Positions 53,045 to 60,345 of a stretch of 60,345 nt of DNA are shown here, in pieces; positions within the stretch are counted from its first letter, which is position 1, and each line of letters starts with the position of its first letter. The notes beneath the pieces are model-generated. The model ran no database searches. It had not been told where the DNA came from and worked only from the letters and a program-made list of their open reading frames with translations. The translations under genes and the position numbers were made by a program. The stretch is from Acidimicrobiia bacterium (GTDB lineage Bacteria; Actinomycetota; Acidimicrobiia; Spongiisociales; ZC4RG35). The DNA lies in assembly GCA_049578105.1 (NCBI GenBank), contig JBAULI010000134.1:1-60345 (forward strand), read 5' to 3'.

Positions 53045-54766
53045 CTAGTCGTTCCTGGACAGGAGCGAGTAGTTGAACTCGATGGTTGGGCCAATGTTCA
53101 ACGTCTCAGGCGATGCGAATGCGTCGTCACCGGAGATGTATCCGGGGAAGACCACATGCTCTGCCTCGAAGAACAGCGGCAATGTCACCACCTCGTCGGC
53201 ATAGACGTCCTGGGCCTGACCGTAGATGTCGGCACGTGATGCCTGATCGGTCTCGGTCGCACCCTGCTGGACCAGGTCGAGGAGCTGTGTCGACAATTCG
53301 TCGATCGGCTCGCCAACCGTGCTGCCTTCCGCTGCCGGCGCCACGTTCGTGCCCAAGCCCCCGTTGTAGATGAAGGGCTCCAGGTAGTTGGACGGGTCCG
53401 GATAGTCGAAGAACCAGCCGAGGACGCCGGCGGGATACTCCTCACCACCGGTCAGAGCGGTCACATACGTGCTCCACTCCTGGGCCTGGAGTGTCACATC
53501 GATGACACCACTGGCCTCGAGCTGTTGCTCGATGACACCCATCCACTCGGCGGTGTTGGCGCCGTAGTGCTCGGGTGGGTACCAGAGAGTCAACTCCAGG
53601 TGGTTCGACTCGTCATAGCCGGAGTCGGCGAGGAAGCCGAGGGCGGCATCCACGTTCGGTGATGCATAGAGACTGTCGAACGCCTCATTGGATCCAAGGA
53701 AGCCCGGGGGCACCATGGAGTAGAGAGGCTCGACCTGTCCGCCATAGACCACGTCGGAGATCTCATCGCGGTCGATGAGGGACGCCACGGCCTTCCGCAC
53801 ATTCGAGTCATCGAACGGGGCCATCGTGTGATTGAGGATCAGATAGCGGATCGATCCACCCTGGACCGTTCCCACCGTCAGACCTTCAACATCCTGCATC
53901 TGAGCCGAGAGCTCAGGGCCGAGGATGCGCCACGCCACGTCGATCTCACCGTTCTGGACGGCGAGGGCCATGGTCTGGGGATCCGAGAAGTACTTGATGA
54001 TGATCTGATCGACCTTGGGTGTCAGATCACCGGTGTAGTACGGGTTCGGCTCCAGGACCGTCTGCTCACTCTGAGTGTACGAGCTGATGTACCAGGGCCC
54101 GACGCCGTAGATAGGCGCCTCCGGGAACAGCACACACTCGTCAGCCGGGAAGTTCGCCGGGCTGCTCGGGACGTAAGGCGCCCCTGCGAGGATCTGTGGG
54201 AAGTAGGCCACCGGCTGCAAGAGGTGGAATACCACCGTCGAGTCGTCGGGTGCCTCGATCGATTCCACATACGGGGCCGCCAGCGTGCCAGCCACATTGT
54301 TGGGGCATGTCTCGCCGGACCCGATCGTCAGCAGACGACTCACCTGGTCTGCATAGACCTGAGCGGTCAGATCGGTGCCGTCAGCGAACTGAATTCCGTC
54401 ACGGAGCGTGAACGTGTAGGTCAGGCCGTCATCCGAGATCTCTGGGAAATCGGTGGCCAGACCGGGCTCCAACTCAGCGGTGCCGGGCTTCCATCTGAGA
54501 AGCGGCTCACCGGTGTTCTTGATGAGCTCCCAGTCGTGGACCGCATAGGCATCTGCCGGGTCCATGCTGGAGATGGTGTCCGTCGTCCCGATGATGATCG
54601 TCCCACCGCCTGACGGCTCGGGGGTGACCGATGTCGTCGTCTCCCCGGCCGTCGTGGTCGTCTCTCCGGCTGCGGTGGTGGTCGTCTCGTTGGTCGTCGA
54701 CGTGCCACAAGCTGCGGCAACGACGGCGAGTACTGCGACGAGCACCAGCCAGCGCATTCGTTTCAT
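53045..54766 (-). CDS. ABC transporter substrate-binding lipoprotein (family 5, peptide/nickel)
   Basis: ATG at 54766 with SD gggagga. Signal peptide plus lipobox MKRMRWLVLVAVLAVVAAACG, a Thr-rich linker, then a family-5 SBP body (IIIGTTDTISSMDPADAY...). Confidence 0.85.
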   Translation of the reverse strand: MKRMRWLVLVAVLAVVAAACGTSTTNETTTTAAGETTTTAGETTTSVTPEPSGGGTIIIGTTDTISSMDPADAYAVHDWELIKNTGEPLLRWKPGTAELEPGLATDFPEISDDGLTYTFTLRDGIQFADGTDLTAQVYADQVSRLLTIGSGETCPNNVAGTLAAPYVESIEAPDDSTVVFHLLQPVAYFPQILAGAPYVPSSPANFPADECVLFPEAPIYGVGPWYISSYTQSEQTVLEPNPYYTGDLTPKVDQIIIKYFSDPQTMALAVQNGEIDVAWRILGPELSAQMQDVEGLTVGTVQGGSIRYLILNHTMAPFDDSNVRKAVASLIDRDEISDVVYGGQVEPLYSMVPPGFLGSNEAFDSLYASPNVDAALGFLADSGYDESNHLELTLWYPPEHYGANTAEWMGVIEQQLEASGVIDVTLQAQEWSTYVTALTGGEEYPAGVLGWFFDYPDPSNYLEPFIYNGGLGTNVAPAAEGSTVGEPIDELSTQLLDLVQQGATETDQASRADIYGQAQDVYADEVVTLPLFFEAEHVVFPGYISGDDAFASPETLNIGPTIEFNYSLLSRND

Positions 54767-54921
54767 AGAGTTTTCCTCCCTTGTTGGGTTGTCGCGCAAG
54801 TCTCCCGGCGCGAGACGGTCACGGTACAGGTTTTGTCGCCGATCCGCCTATGTGTGAATGGCTCGGACGCCGGTTTCATGTCGAACGGCAAGTCTTCCGT
54901 CGCAATTAGCCTTGTGCCCAC

Positions 54922-57333
54922 ATGTCATACGACCACAGGGCGATAGAGGAGAAGTGGCAGGACCGTTGGGAGGCCGACGGCACTTTCCGGGCAGTCGAGG
55001 ACGAGTCCAGGCCCAAGTTCTACAACGTTGCCATGTACCCCTATCCGTCGGGTGAGCTTCACGTCGGGCACATTCGCAACTACACCTACATCGACCTGAT
55101 CACCCGTTACAAGATGATGCGGGGTTTCAACGTCCTGTGCCCCATGGGGTGGGACAGCTTCGGGCTGCCTGCGGAGAACCGGGCGATCGAGACCGGGATC
55201 CCGCCGAAGGTGAGCGTCGAACAGCAGATCGCCCGCATGAAGCAGCACTTCCGCAGACTGGGAGCCGCATTCGACTGGAGCCGGGAGATCGCCAGCCACG
55301 AGCCGGCCTACTACCGCTGGGATCAGTGGATCTTCCTCGAGCTCTTCGATCGCGGGCTGGCATACAAGGCGAAGGCTCCGGTCAACTGGTGCCCGAAGGA
55401 CCAGACCGTCCTCGCCAACGAGCAGGTCGTCGACGGGGCGTGCGAACGTTGTGGGACACCGGTCGAGAAACGCGAGCTGGAGCAGTGGTTCTTCCGGATC
55501 ACCGACTACGCCCAGCCGCTCCTGGACGCACTGGACGACCTGGACAAGTGGCCCGACCGGGTTCGAACCATGCAACGCAACTGGATCGGGAGATCGGAAG
55601 GCGCTCGCTTCGAGATCCAGGTGGACGAGAGCGATGCCTCCTTCGAGGTGTTCACCACCCGCCCCGACACCGTGTTCGGGATGACCTACTGTGTCCTCGC
55701 CCCGGAGCATCCTCTGGTGGAGGAGTTGGTCGCAGGCACCGATGTCGCCGACGAGGTGAGGGCGTACGTGAATGCCGCCGGGCGTGCCTCCGAGATCGAG
55801 CGACTGGCAGAAGGCGACAAGACCGGTGTCTTCACCGGTCGTCATGCGGTCAACCCGGTCAATGGCGCCAAGGTGCCGATCTATGTCGCCGATTACGTGC
55901 TGATGGGCTACGGGACCGGAGCGATCATGGCCGTGCCGGGGCAGGACCAGCGTGACTGGGACTTCGCCAAGAAGTACGGCCTCGAGATCATCAGGACGGT
56001 GGAGCCCCCGGCAGACTGGGACGGTGAGGCCTACACGGGTGATGGGCCGGCCATCAACTCGGGCTTTCTCGACGGTCTGTCGGCGGCGGACGCAAAGAAG
56101 GAGATCATCTCCTGGATGGAAGAGCAGGGCATCGGTGTCGGGACCGTCCAGTACCGGCTCCGGGACTGGCTGATCTCACGTCAGAGATATTGGGGCTGTC
56201 CAATACCGATCGTCAGCTGCGACTCCTGCGGCTTGGTGCCGGTTCCATACGACGAGCTCCCGGTCGTGCTCCCCGAGGTGGACGACTACGCCCCCCTGGG
56301 CCGGTCCCCCCTGGCCGCCGTGGAGTCCTTCGTCAACACGACCTGTCCCGATTGTGGCGGTCCGGCGAAACGGGAGACCGACACGATGGACACCTTCGTC
56401 GACTCCTCCTGGTACTTCCTCCGATATACCGACCCGCACAACGAAGACGAGGTGTTCGATCCGGAGAAAGCGGCCTACTGGATGCCTCTCGACCGCTACA
56501 TCGGCGGTGTCGAGCACGCCATCCTGCATCTGCTCTATGCGCGGTTCGTCACCAGGTTCCTCCACGACATAGGTCTCAGCCCGGTGGAGGAGCCATTCGA
56601 GGGGATGTTCACCCAGGGGATGCTGGTTCGCGATGGGCACAAGATGTCCAAGTCGAAAGGCAATGTGGTGCCGCCCGACGACTACTACGACGACTACGGG
56701 GCGGACGCCCTGCGTCTGTTCGAGTTGTTCGTCGGCCCGCCGACCGATGATGCGGTGTGGAACGACGCCGGTGTGCCCGGGACCAAGAGATTTCTCGACC
56801 GTCTATGGCGGGTCGTGACGGAGACGGAAACCGCAGAGACCGCCCCTGATCCAGAGCTCATCGCCGACATGCACCGGACCATCGAGAAGGTGACCGGCGA
56901 TGTCGAGAGTCTCTCCTTCAACACATCAGTCCCGGCCCTGATGACATTGACGAATCACCTGATCGAGGTGAGTCGCACCGGTATCGACCAGGCCACCTTC
57001 GACGAGGTGGTGGAGACGCTGATCAAGCTGCTCTCGCCGATGGCCCCGCACATCGCCCACGAGCTCTGGGAGCGCACCGGTCACGACACGATGCTGGCCA
57101 CCGAGTCCTGGCCCGAATGGGACCCGGCCCTCACCGTCGAGACCACCGTCACGATGGTGGTCCAGGTCAATGGGAAAGTGAGGGATCGGGTCGAGGTCCC
57201 GGCCGATATCTCGGCCGACGAAGCCGAAGAGGTCGCTCTCGGCCTGGAGAAGGTCAAGGCCTGGATCGACGGCTCTGCGGTCGAGCGGGTGATCAGCAGG
57301 CCGCCGAACCTGGTCAACGTAGTGGTGGGTTGA
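54922..57333 (+). CDS. leuS: leucine--tRNA ligase
   Basis: 803 aa. Class I signatures HVGHIRNY (HIGH) and KMSKSKGN (KMSKS), with a CP1 editing domain in between. Confidence 0.95.
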   Translation: MSYDHRAIEEKWQDRWEADGTFRAVEDESRPKFYNVAMYPYPSGELHVGHIRNYTYIDLITRYKMMRGFNVLCPMGWDSFGLPAENRAIETGIPPKVSVEQQIARMKQHFRRLGAAFDWSREIASHEPAYYRWDQWIFLELFDRGLAYKAKAPVNWCPKDQTVLANEQVVDGACERCGTPVEKRELEQWFFRITDYAQPLLDALDDLDKWPDRVRTMQRNWIGRSEGARFEIQVDESDASFEVFTTRPDTVFGMTYCVLAPEHPLVEELVAGTDVADEVRAYVNAAGRASEIERLAEGDKTGVFTGRHAVNPVNGAKVPIYVADYVLMGYGTGAIMAVPGQDQRDWDFAKKYGLEIIRTVEPPADWDGEAYTGDGPAINSGFLDGLSAADAKKEIISWMEEQGIGVGTVQYRLRDWLISRQRYWGCPIPIVSCDSCGLVPVPYDELPVVLPEVDDYAPLGRSPLAAVESFVNTTCPDCGGPAKRETDTMDTFVDSSWYFLRYTDPHNEDEVFDPEKAAYWMPLDRYIGGVEHAILHLLYARFVTRFLHDIGLSPVEEPFEGMFTQGMLVRDGHKMSKSKGNVVPPDDYYDDYGADALRLFELFVGPPTDDAVWNDAGVPGTKRFLDRLWRVVTETETAETAPDPELIADMHRTIEKVTGDVESLSFNTSVPALMTLTNHLIEVSRTGIDQATFDEVVETLIKLLSPMAPHIAHELWERTGHDTMLATESWPEWDPALTVETTVTMVVQVNGKVRDRVEVPADISADEAEEVALGLEKVKAWIDGSAVERVISRPPNLVNVVVG

Positions 57334-57722
57334 ACGCCGCCCAGATCCTCGCCGGGACCGGGATCGATCTCCCTCGTGTATCGGAGATGATCGATCCGGT
57401 GAGGCTGGGCGAGGTCCAGGTGAGACCGGCGCCCCGGCTACTGCGTCGGGTTTGGGGCAAAGGGATCCAGGCGATGACCGTCAGACGGACGATATATGTC
57501 GATCCTCTGGTGCTGGGAGGCCCGCACGAGTCGACAGGCCCCCTCATCCTCCATGAGCTGATCCACGCCCGTCAATGGCGACGCCTCGGCAGCTTTCGAT
57601 TCCTCATTCGCTACGTGTTCGAGTATCTGAGGGGCCGGTTCTCGGGCCACGGTCATAGGGATGCCTACTTGGGCATATCCCTGGAGGTGGAAGCTCGAGA
57701 CGAGGCAAGCCGCCTCGCCTGA
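57330..57722 (+). CDS. small DUF4157-like putative zinc metallopeptidase domain protein (HExxH)
   Basis: The TTG at 57330 overlaps the leuS TGA (TTGA); later in-frame starts are possible. GIQAMTVRRTIYVDP...GPLILHELIHARQW matches the DUF4157 pattern (A.T.G..I.....L.HEL.H..Q). Confidence 0.5.
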   Translation: MNAAQILAGTGIDLPRVSEMIDPVRLGEVQVRPAPRLLRRVWGKGIQAMTVRRTIYVDPLVLGGPHESTGPLILHELIHARQWRRLGSFRFLIRYVFEYLRGRFSGHGHRDAYLGISLEVEARDEASRLA

Positions 57723-58535
57723 TCATTCGACGACCAACCCGTCCAGGTCGGGCTCGGGCGGAGGGTATCCCGGCGCCATTCGCTCCAGCGTCTCGATGAG
57801 GATCTTGGAGACGACCAGGTTGCGATACCACTTGCGGTCTGCCGGCACCACGTACCACGGGGCGAAACTGGTCGATGTCCGGGTGATGGCCTCCTCGAAG
57901 GCCTCCATGTAATCGTCCCAGAGCCTGCGGTCGTCGAGATCGCCCTTCGAGAATTTCCAACGCTTGTCAGGCTCGTCGAGTCTGGCCTGGAGGCGCTCGC
58001 GCTGCTCCTCTTTGGAGATGTGGAGGAACAGCTTGACCACCGAGGTGCCCTCGTCGACCAACATCCGCTCGAACTCGACCATGTGGTGAAAGCGGCGTCG
58101 CCAGACCTCTTCGGGTGCCAGCTCCTTGACACGCACCACGAGGACGTCCTCGTAGTGGGAGCGATTGAAGATGGCTATGGCTCCGTCTTCGGGCGTTTCG
58201 CGGTGAATCCGCCACAGATAGTCGTGGGCGCGCTCCTGCTCCGACGGGACGCCAAAGCCATGGACGTGGACCCCCTGTGGGTTCACACCGGTGAAGACAT
58301 GGCTGATCGTGCCGTCCTTCCCACCGGTGTCTATGGCCTGGAGCACCACCAGGAGGCTTTGTGACGATTGCGCCCAGAGGCGATCCTGCAACTCGGCGAG
58401 ATGCTCCCTCATTTCGGGCAGAGCCCTCTTGCCGGCCTTCTTCCCACCCTCGAATCCGGCTTTGGATCGGGGGTCGCGAGCGCCGATGGCGGCCGGCTCG
58501 CCCGGTGGCACCAGGAACTGAGAGGTGTCGATCAT
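57723..58535 (-). CDS. polyphosphate kinase 2 family protein (PPK2)
   Basis: 270 aa. Walker A-like LQAIDTGGKDGT, then YLWRIHRETPEDGAIAIFNRSHYEDVLVVRV and a lid region, typical of single-domain PPK2. Confidence 0.85.
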   Translation of the reverse strand: MIDTSQFLVPPGEPAAIGARDPRSKAGFEGGKKAGKRALPEMREHLAELQDRLWAQSSQSLLVVLQAIDTGGKDGTISHVFTGVNPQGVHVHGFGVPSEQERAHDYLWRIHRETPEDGAIAIFNRSHYEDVLVVRVKELAPEEVWRRRFHHMVEFERMLVDEGTSVVKLFLHISKEEQRERLQARLDEPDKRWKFSKGDLDDRRLWDDYMEAFEEAITRTSTSFAPWYVVPADRKWYRNLVVSKILIETLERMAPGYPPPEPDLDGLVVE

Positions 58536-58622
58536 GTCGCCGAGCCTAAATGACGGTATTCACCCCGGTGGCCGCGCCTGGTAGTGAGGACGGGGGAGTG
58601 TCGAATAGTCCTGGGGTGTGAG

Positions 58623-59168
58623 ATGAGCAGGGGTCAGATGACGGCCGTCGGGCTGGCCCTGGTGGCGGTCGTGGTCGGAGTCGTGACCGGTACGGGTCGC
58701 GTCCCGACACCCGTGTCGCCTCCTTCGACCGTCGACTCGACCCCGGCGGCGAATTTGCTCCGTGTCTACGTCTCGGGATGGGTCGCCGAGCCGGGTGTGA
58801 TCGAGCTGTCGGAGGGGTCGATCGTGGCCGAGGCGGTGGCGGCGGCCGGTGGGGCGCTGAACGGTGCCGGGCTGGACCAGATCAACCTCGCCGAGCCGGT
58901 AGTGGCAGGTGACCACATCCACGTTCCGGGACCTGCCGCGGTTGCGGATCGGGGCCCGAGCGGCGATGACGACGGGACGATATCGATCAATCGGGCGGAG
59001 GCGGCCGAGTTGGAGGCGTTGCCGGGGGTGGGCCCGGTGCTCGCCGAGCACATCGTTTCCTACCGCGAGGCGCACGGCCCGTTCGAGTCGGCCGAGGATC
59101 TCCTGGACGTGCCGGGAATCGGCGAGGCGAAGCTGGCGGCAATTCGCGATCTGATAACCGTGCCTTGA
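58623..59168 (+). CDS. comEA: ComEA family DNA-binding protein
   Basis: N-terminal TM anchor, an SLBB-like region (LRVYVSGWVAEPGVIELSEGSIVAEAV), and a C-terminal tandem helix-hairpin-helix (LEALPGVGPVLAEHIV...LLDVPGIGEAKLAAI). An alternative GTG lies at 58584. Confidence 0.8.
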   Translation: MSRGQMTAVGLALVAVVVGVVTGTGRVPTPVSPPSTVDSTPAANLLRVYVSGWVAEPGVIELSEGSIVAEAVAAAGGALNGAGLDQINLAEPVVAGDHIHVPGPAAVADRGPSGDDDGTISINRAEAAELEALPGVGPVLAEHIVSYREAHGPFESAEDLLDVPGIGEAKLAAIRDLITVP

Positions 59169-60345
59169 CCGGGCGGCTCGAGCGGGTTCTCCCTCGCTCC
59201 TCACGCTGGTGGGTCGTGGCGGCCCTCGGTGTGATCGTCGTGACCCGGACGGTGGGGGCGAATCCCCGACACGTCTGGCTCTTCCTTCCATGCATCATCT
59301 GGCTCGTTCGATTACGGCACCCGATGGTTGCATCTGTTGTCACTCTTGCCGGGGTCAGCGCCATCCTCTGGTCCGCCCCGATGCCGCCGTTGGTCGAGGG
59401 TCATCTCTCCGGTGAGGGCGTGGTGGCCTCGGATGTCGTGGAGGGTCGATATGGGCAATGGGCGGTCGTCGACATCGGAGGCCCGGTCCTGGCCAACCTG
59501 CCCGATGCGCCGACCCCGACACGCGGAGATCACGTCCTCATCGAGGGCAGAGCCACCGGCGAGGTGGGGTCGGCTCGAGGGATGAGGTATCGGGGCACGA
59601 TCGACGTCGATGCCATCGAGGTCGTTGCCCACAGCGCATCGCCATTCTTGTTCGCCGGCCGCGCCTTGAGGGAGAGGGTGCGCGAGCGTCTGGCGCCACT
59701 GGCCGGCGGCAGGGGGTTGGTTGCCGGGTTCCTGGTTGGAGATGTCACCGGAGTCGAGCCCGTCGACCAGGAAGCCATGAAGCGGGCCGGTCTCTCCCAC
59801 TTCACCGCCGTGAGCGGATCGAACGTGGCCTTGTTCCTCACGTTTCTATTCGTGATCACCGGTCCGTTCGGAGTGGGCCCGCGCCGTCGAGCCGTGATCG
59901 GGCTGATCGGGCTCCCGGTGTTCGTCGCCGCCACGGGATTCGAGCCATCCGTCATGAGGGCGGCGGCCATGGCGGCGATCGTCCTGATCGGAAGGCTGGT
60001 GGGCGTGACCCTCGAGGCGTGGCAGGTGCTCGCCCTCGCCGTCGTGACCCTCCTGGTGCTCGATCCGGGTTTGGTCGGAAACGCCGGCTTCCAGCTCTCG
60101 GCGGCGGCTACGGCCGGCGTCATCGTCGGCGCCCGCTGGCCGACGAAAGGGGTACTGCAGCGCGTCCTCTCCGTCACGGCCGGTGCCCAATTGGCGGTGG
60201 CACCACTTCTCCTCGTCTACTTCGGCCGGGTACCGCTGCTATCGCCTCTCACCAACGTGGCGGCCGCACCACTCGTCTCGGTGGCCACGATGTCCGGAGC
60301 CATCGGGGTCATCGGGCTCGGGCCGGCCGTGGCGCTGGCCGACAT
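59165..60345 (+). CDS. comEC: ComEC/Rec2 family competence protein, N-terminal part (3' end outside window)
   Basis: Absent from the ORF track because the frame is still open at the window edge. My manual translation from the TTG at 59165 (overlapping the comEA TGA) gives TM helices, an OB-like region, and the competence-domain signature KRAGLSHFTAVSGSNVALFL. Confidence 0.75.
   Translation, partial: MTGRLERVLPRSSRWWVVAALGVIVVTRTVGANPRHVWLFLPCIIWLVRLRHPMVASVVTLAGVSAILWSAPMPPLVEGHLSGEGVVASDVVEGRYGQWAVVDIGGPVLANLPDAPTPTRGDHVLIEGRATGEVGSARGMRYRGTIDVDAIEVVAHSASPFLFAGRALRERVRERLAPLAGGRGLVAGFLVGDVTGVEPVDQEAMKRAGLSHFTAVSGSNVALFLTFLFVITGPFGVGPRRRAVIGLIGLPVFVAATGFEPSVMRAAAMAAIVLIGRLVGVTLEAWQVLALAVVTLLVLDPGLVGNAGFQLSAAATAGVIVGARWPTKGVLQRVLSVTAGAQLAVAPLLLVYFGRVPLLSPLTNVAAAPLVSVATMSGAIGVIGLGPAVALAD

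Noticed and set aside
54767-54921. Possible T-box or leader upstream of leuS in the divergent SBP/leuS intergenic region.
   Set aside because: It has a short hairpin (gtctc-ccggcgc-gagac), but no specifier-loop/T-box (AANNNGGUGGNACCGCG-like) sequence could be found. It is most simply a divergent promoter region.
1-60345. Mobile elements, prophage or defence islands (transposases, integrases, RM, TA, CRISPR-Cas, retron RT).
   Set aside because: No ORF shows DDE/serine/tyrosine recombinase, reverse transcriptase, methyltransferase-restriction or toxin-antitoxin signatures. Composition and codon bias look uniform, and the gene order matches conserved actinobacterial core synteny (recG-rsmD-coaD, rnc-fpg-smc-ftsY).

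Overview
GC-rich core chromosomal segment with actinobacterial-type gene content and order (third codon positions are strongly G/C, and many start/stop overlaps link adjacent genes). I saw no rRNA, tRNA, CRISPR array, transposase or integrase. About 56 protein genes can be supported. In order they are: an ABC-2 exporter (ATPase plus two permeases); plsB, dtd, plsY; the AdnA/AdnB helicase-nuclease pair; glutamate dehydrogenase; a stand-alone RecB/Cas4-like nuclease; a SnoaL-like protein; an M24 peptidase; a PH/SHOCT membrane protein; an acyl-CoA ligase; InhA-type enoyl-ACP reductase; an orphan GAF histidine kinase; an alpha/beta hydrolase, a membrane-anchored MurF-like ligase and Ddl; rpmB; recG-rsmD-coaD; yceD-rpmF-plsX-rnc; fpg-acyP-smc-ftsY-cdd; pirin; a cation/proton antiporter fused to two USP domains; a GT-C glycosyltransferase; hbd; a five-gene peptide ABC importer; leuS; PPK2; and comEA/comEC. 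The most unusual part is a roughly 0.8 kb stretch (about 15350-16140) with no credible ORF. It lies between the divergently oriented nuclease and SnoaL-like genes. It holds six C(UUCG)G-capped hairpins, a GAAA-capped hairpin and nested helices. It also holds two copies of a ~52 nt hairpin module whose differences preserve base pairing, and two copies of a bipartite CGCGAAAAC-N11/12-CGCGAAAAACA motif. I could not match it to RNase P, tmRNA or a cobalamin riboswitch, and I propose it as an unclassified large structured RNA. Secondary observations: a tandem duplication of a gene's 3' end in a convergent intergenic spacer; an OppC/DppC-type permease with a ~120 aa insert that looks like a solute-binding-protein lobe; a Mur ligase whose N-terminal domain is replaced by transmembrane helices; a cold-shock-like protein lacking the RNP aromatic residues; and a nested hairpin in the leader of the antiporter gene.
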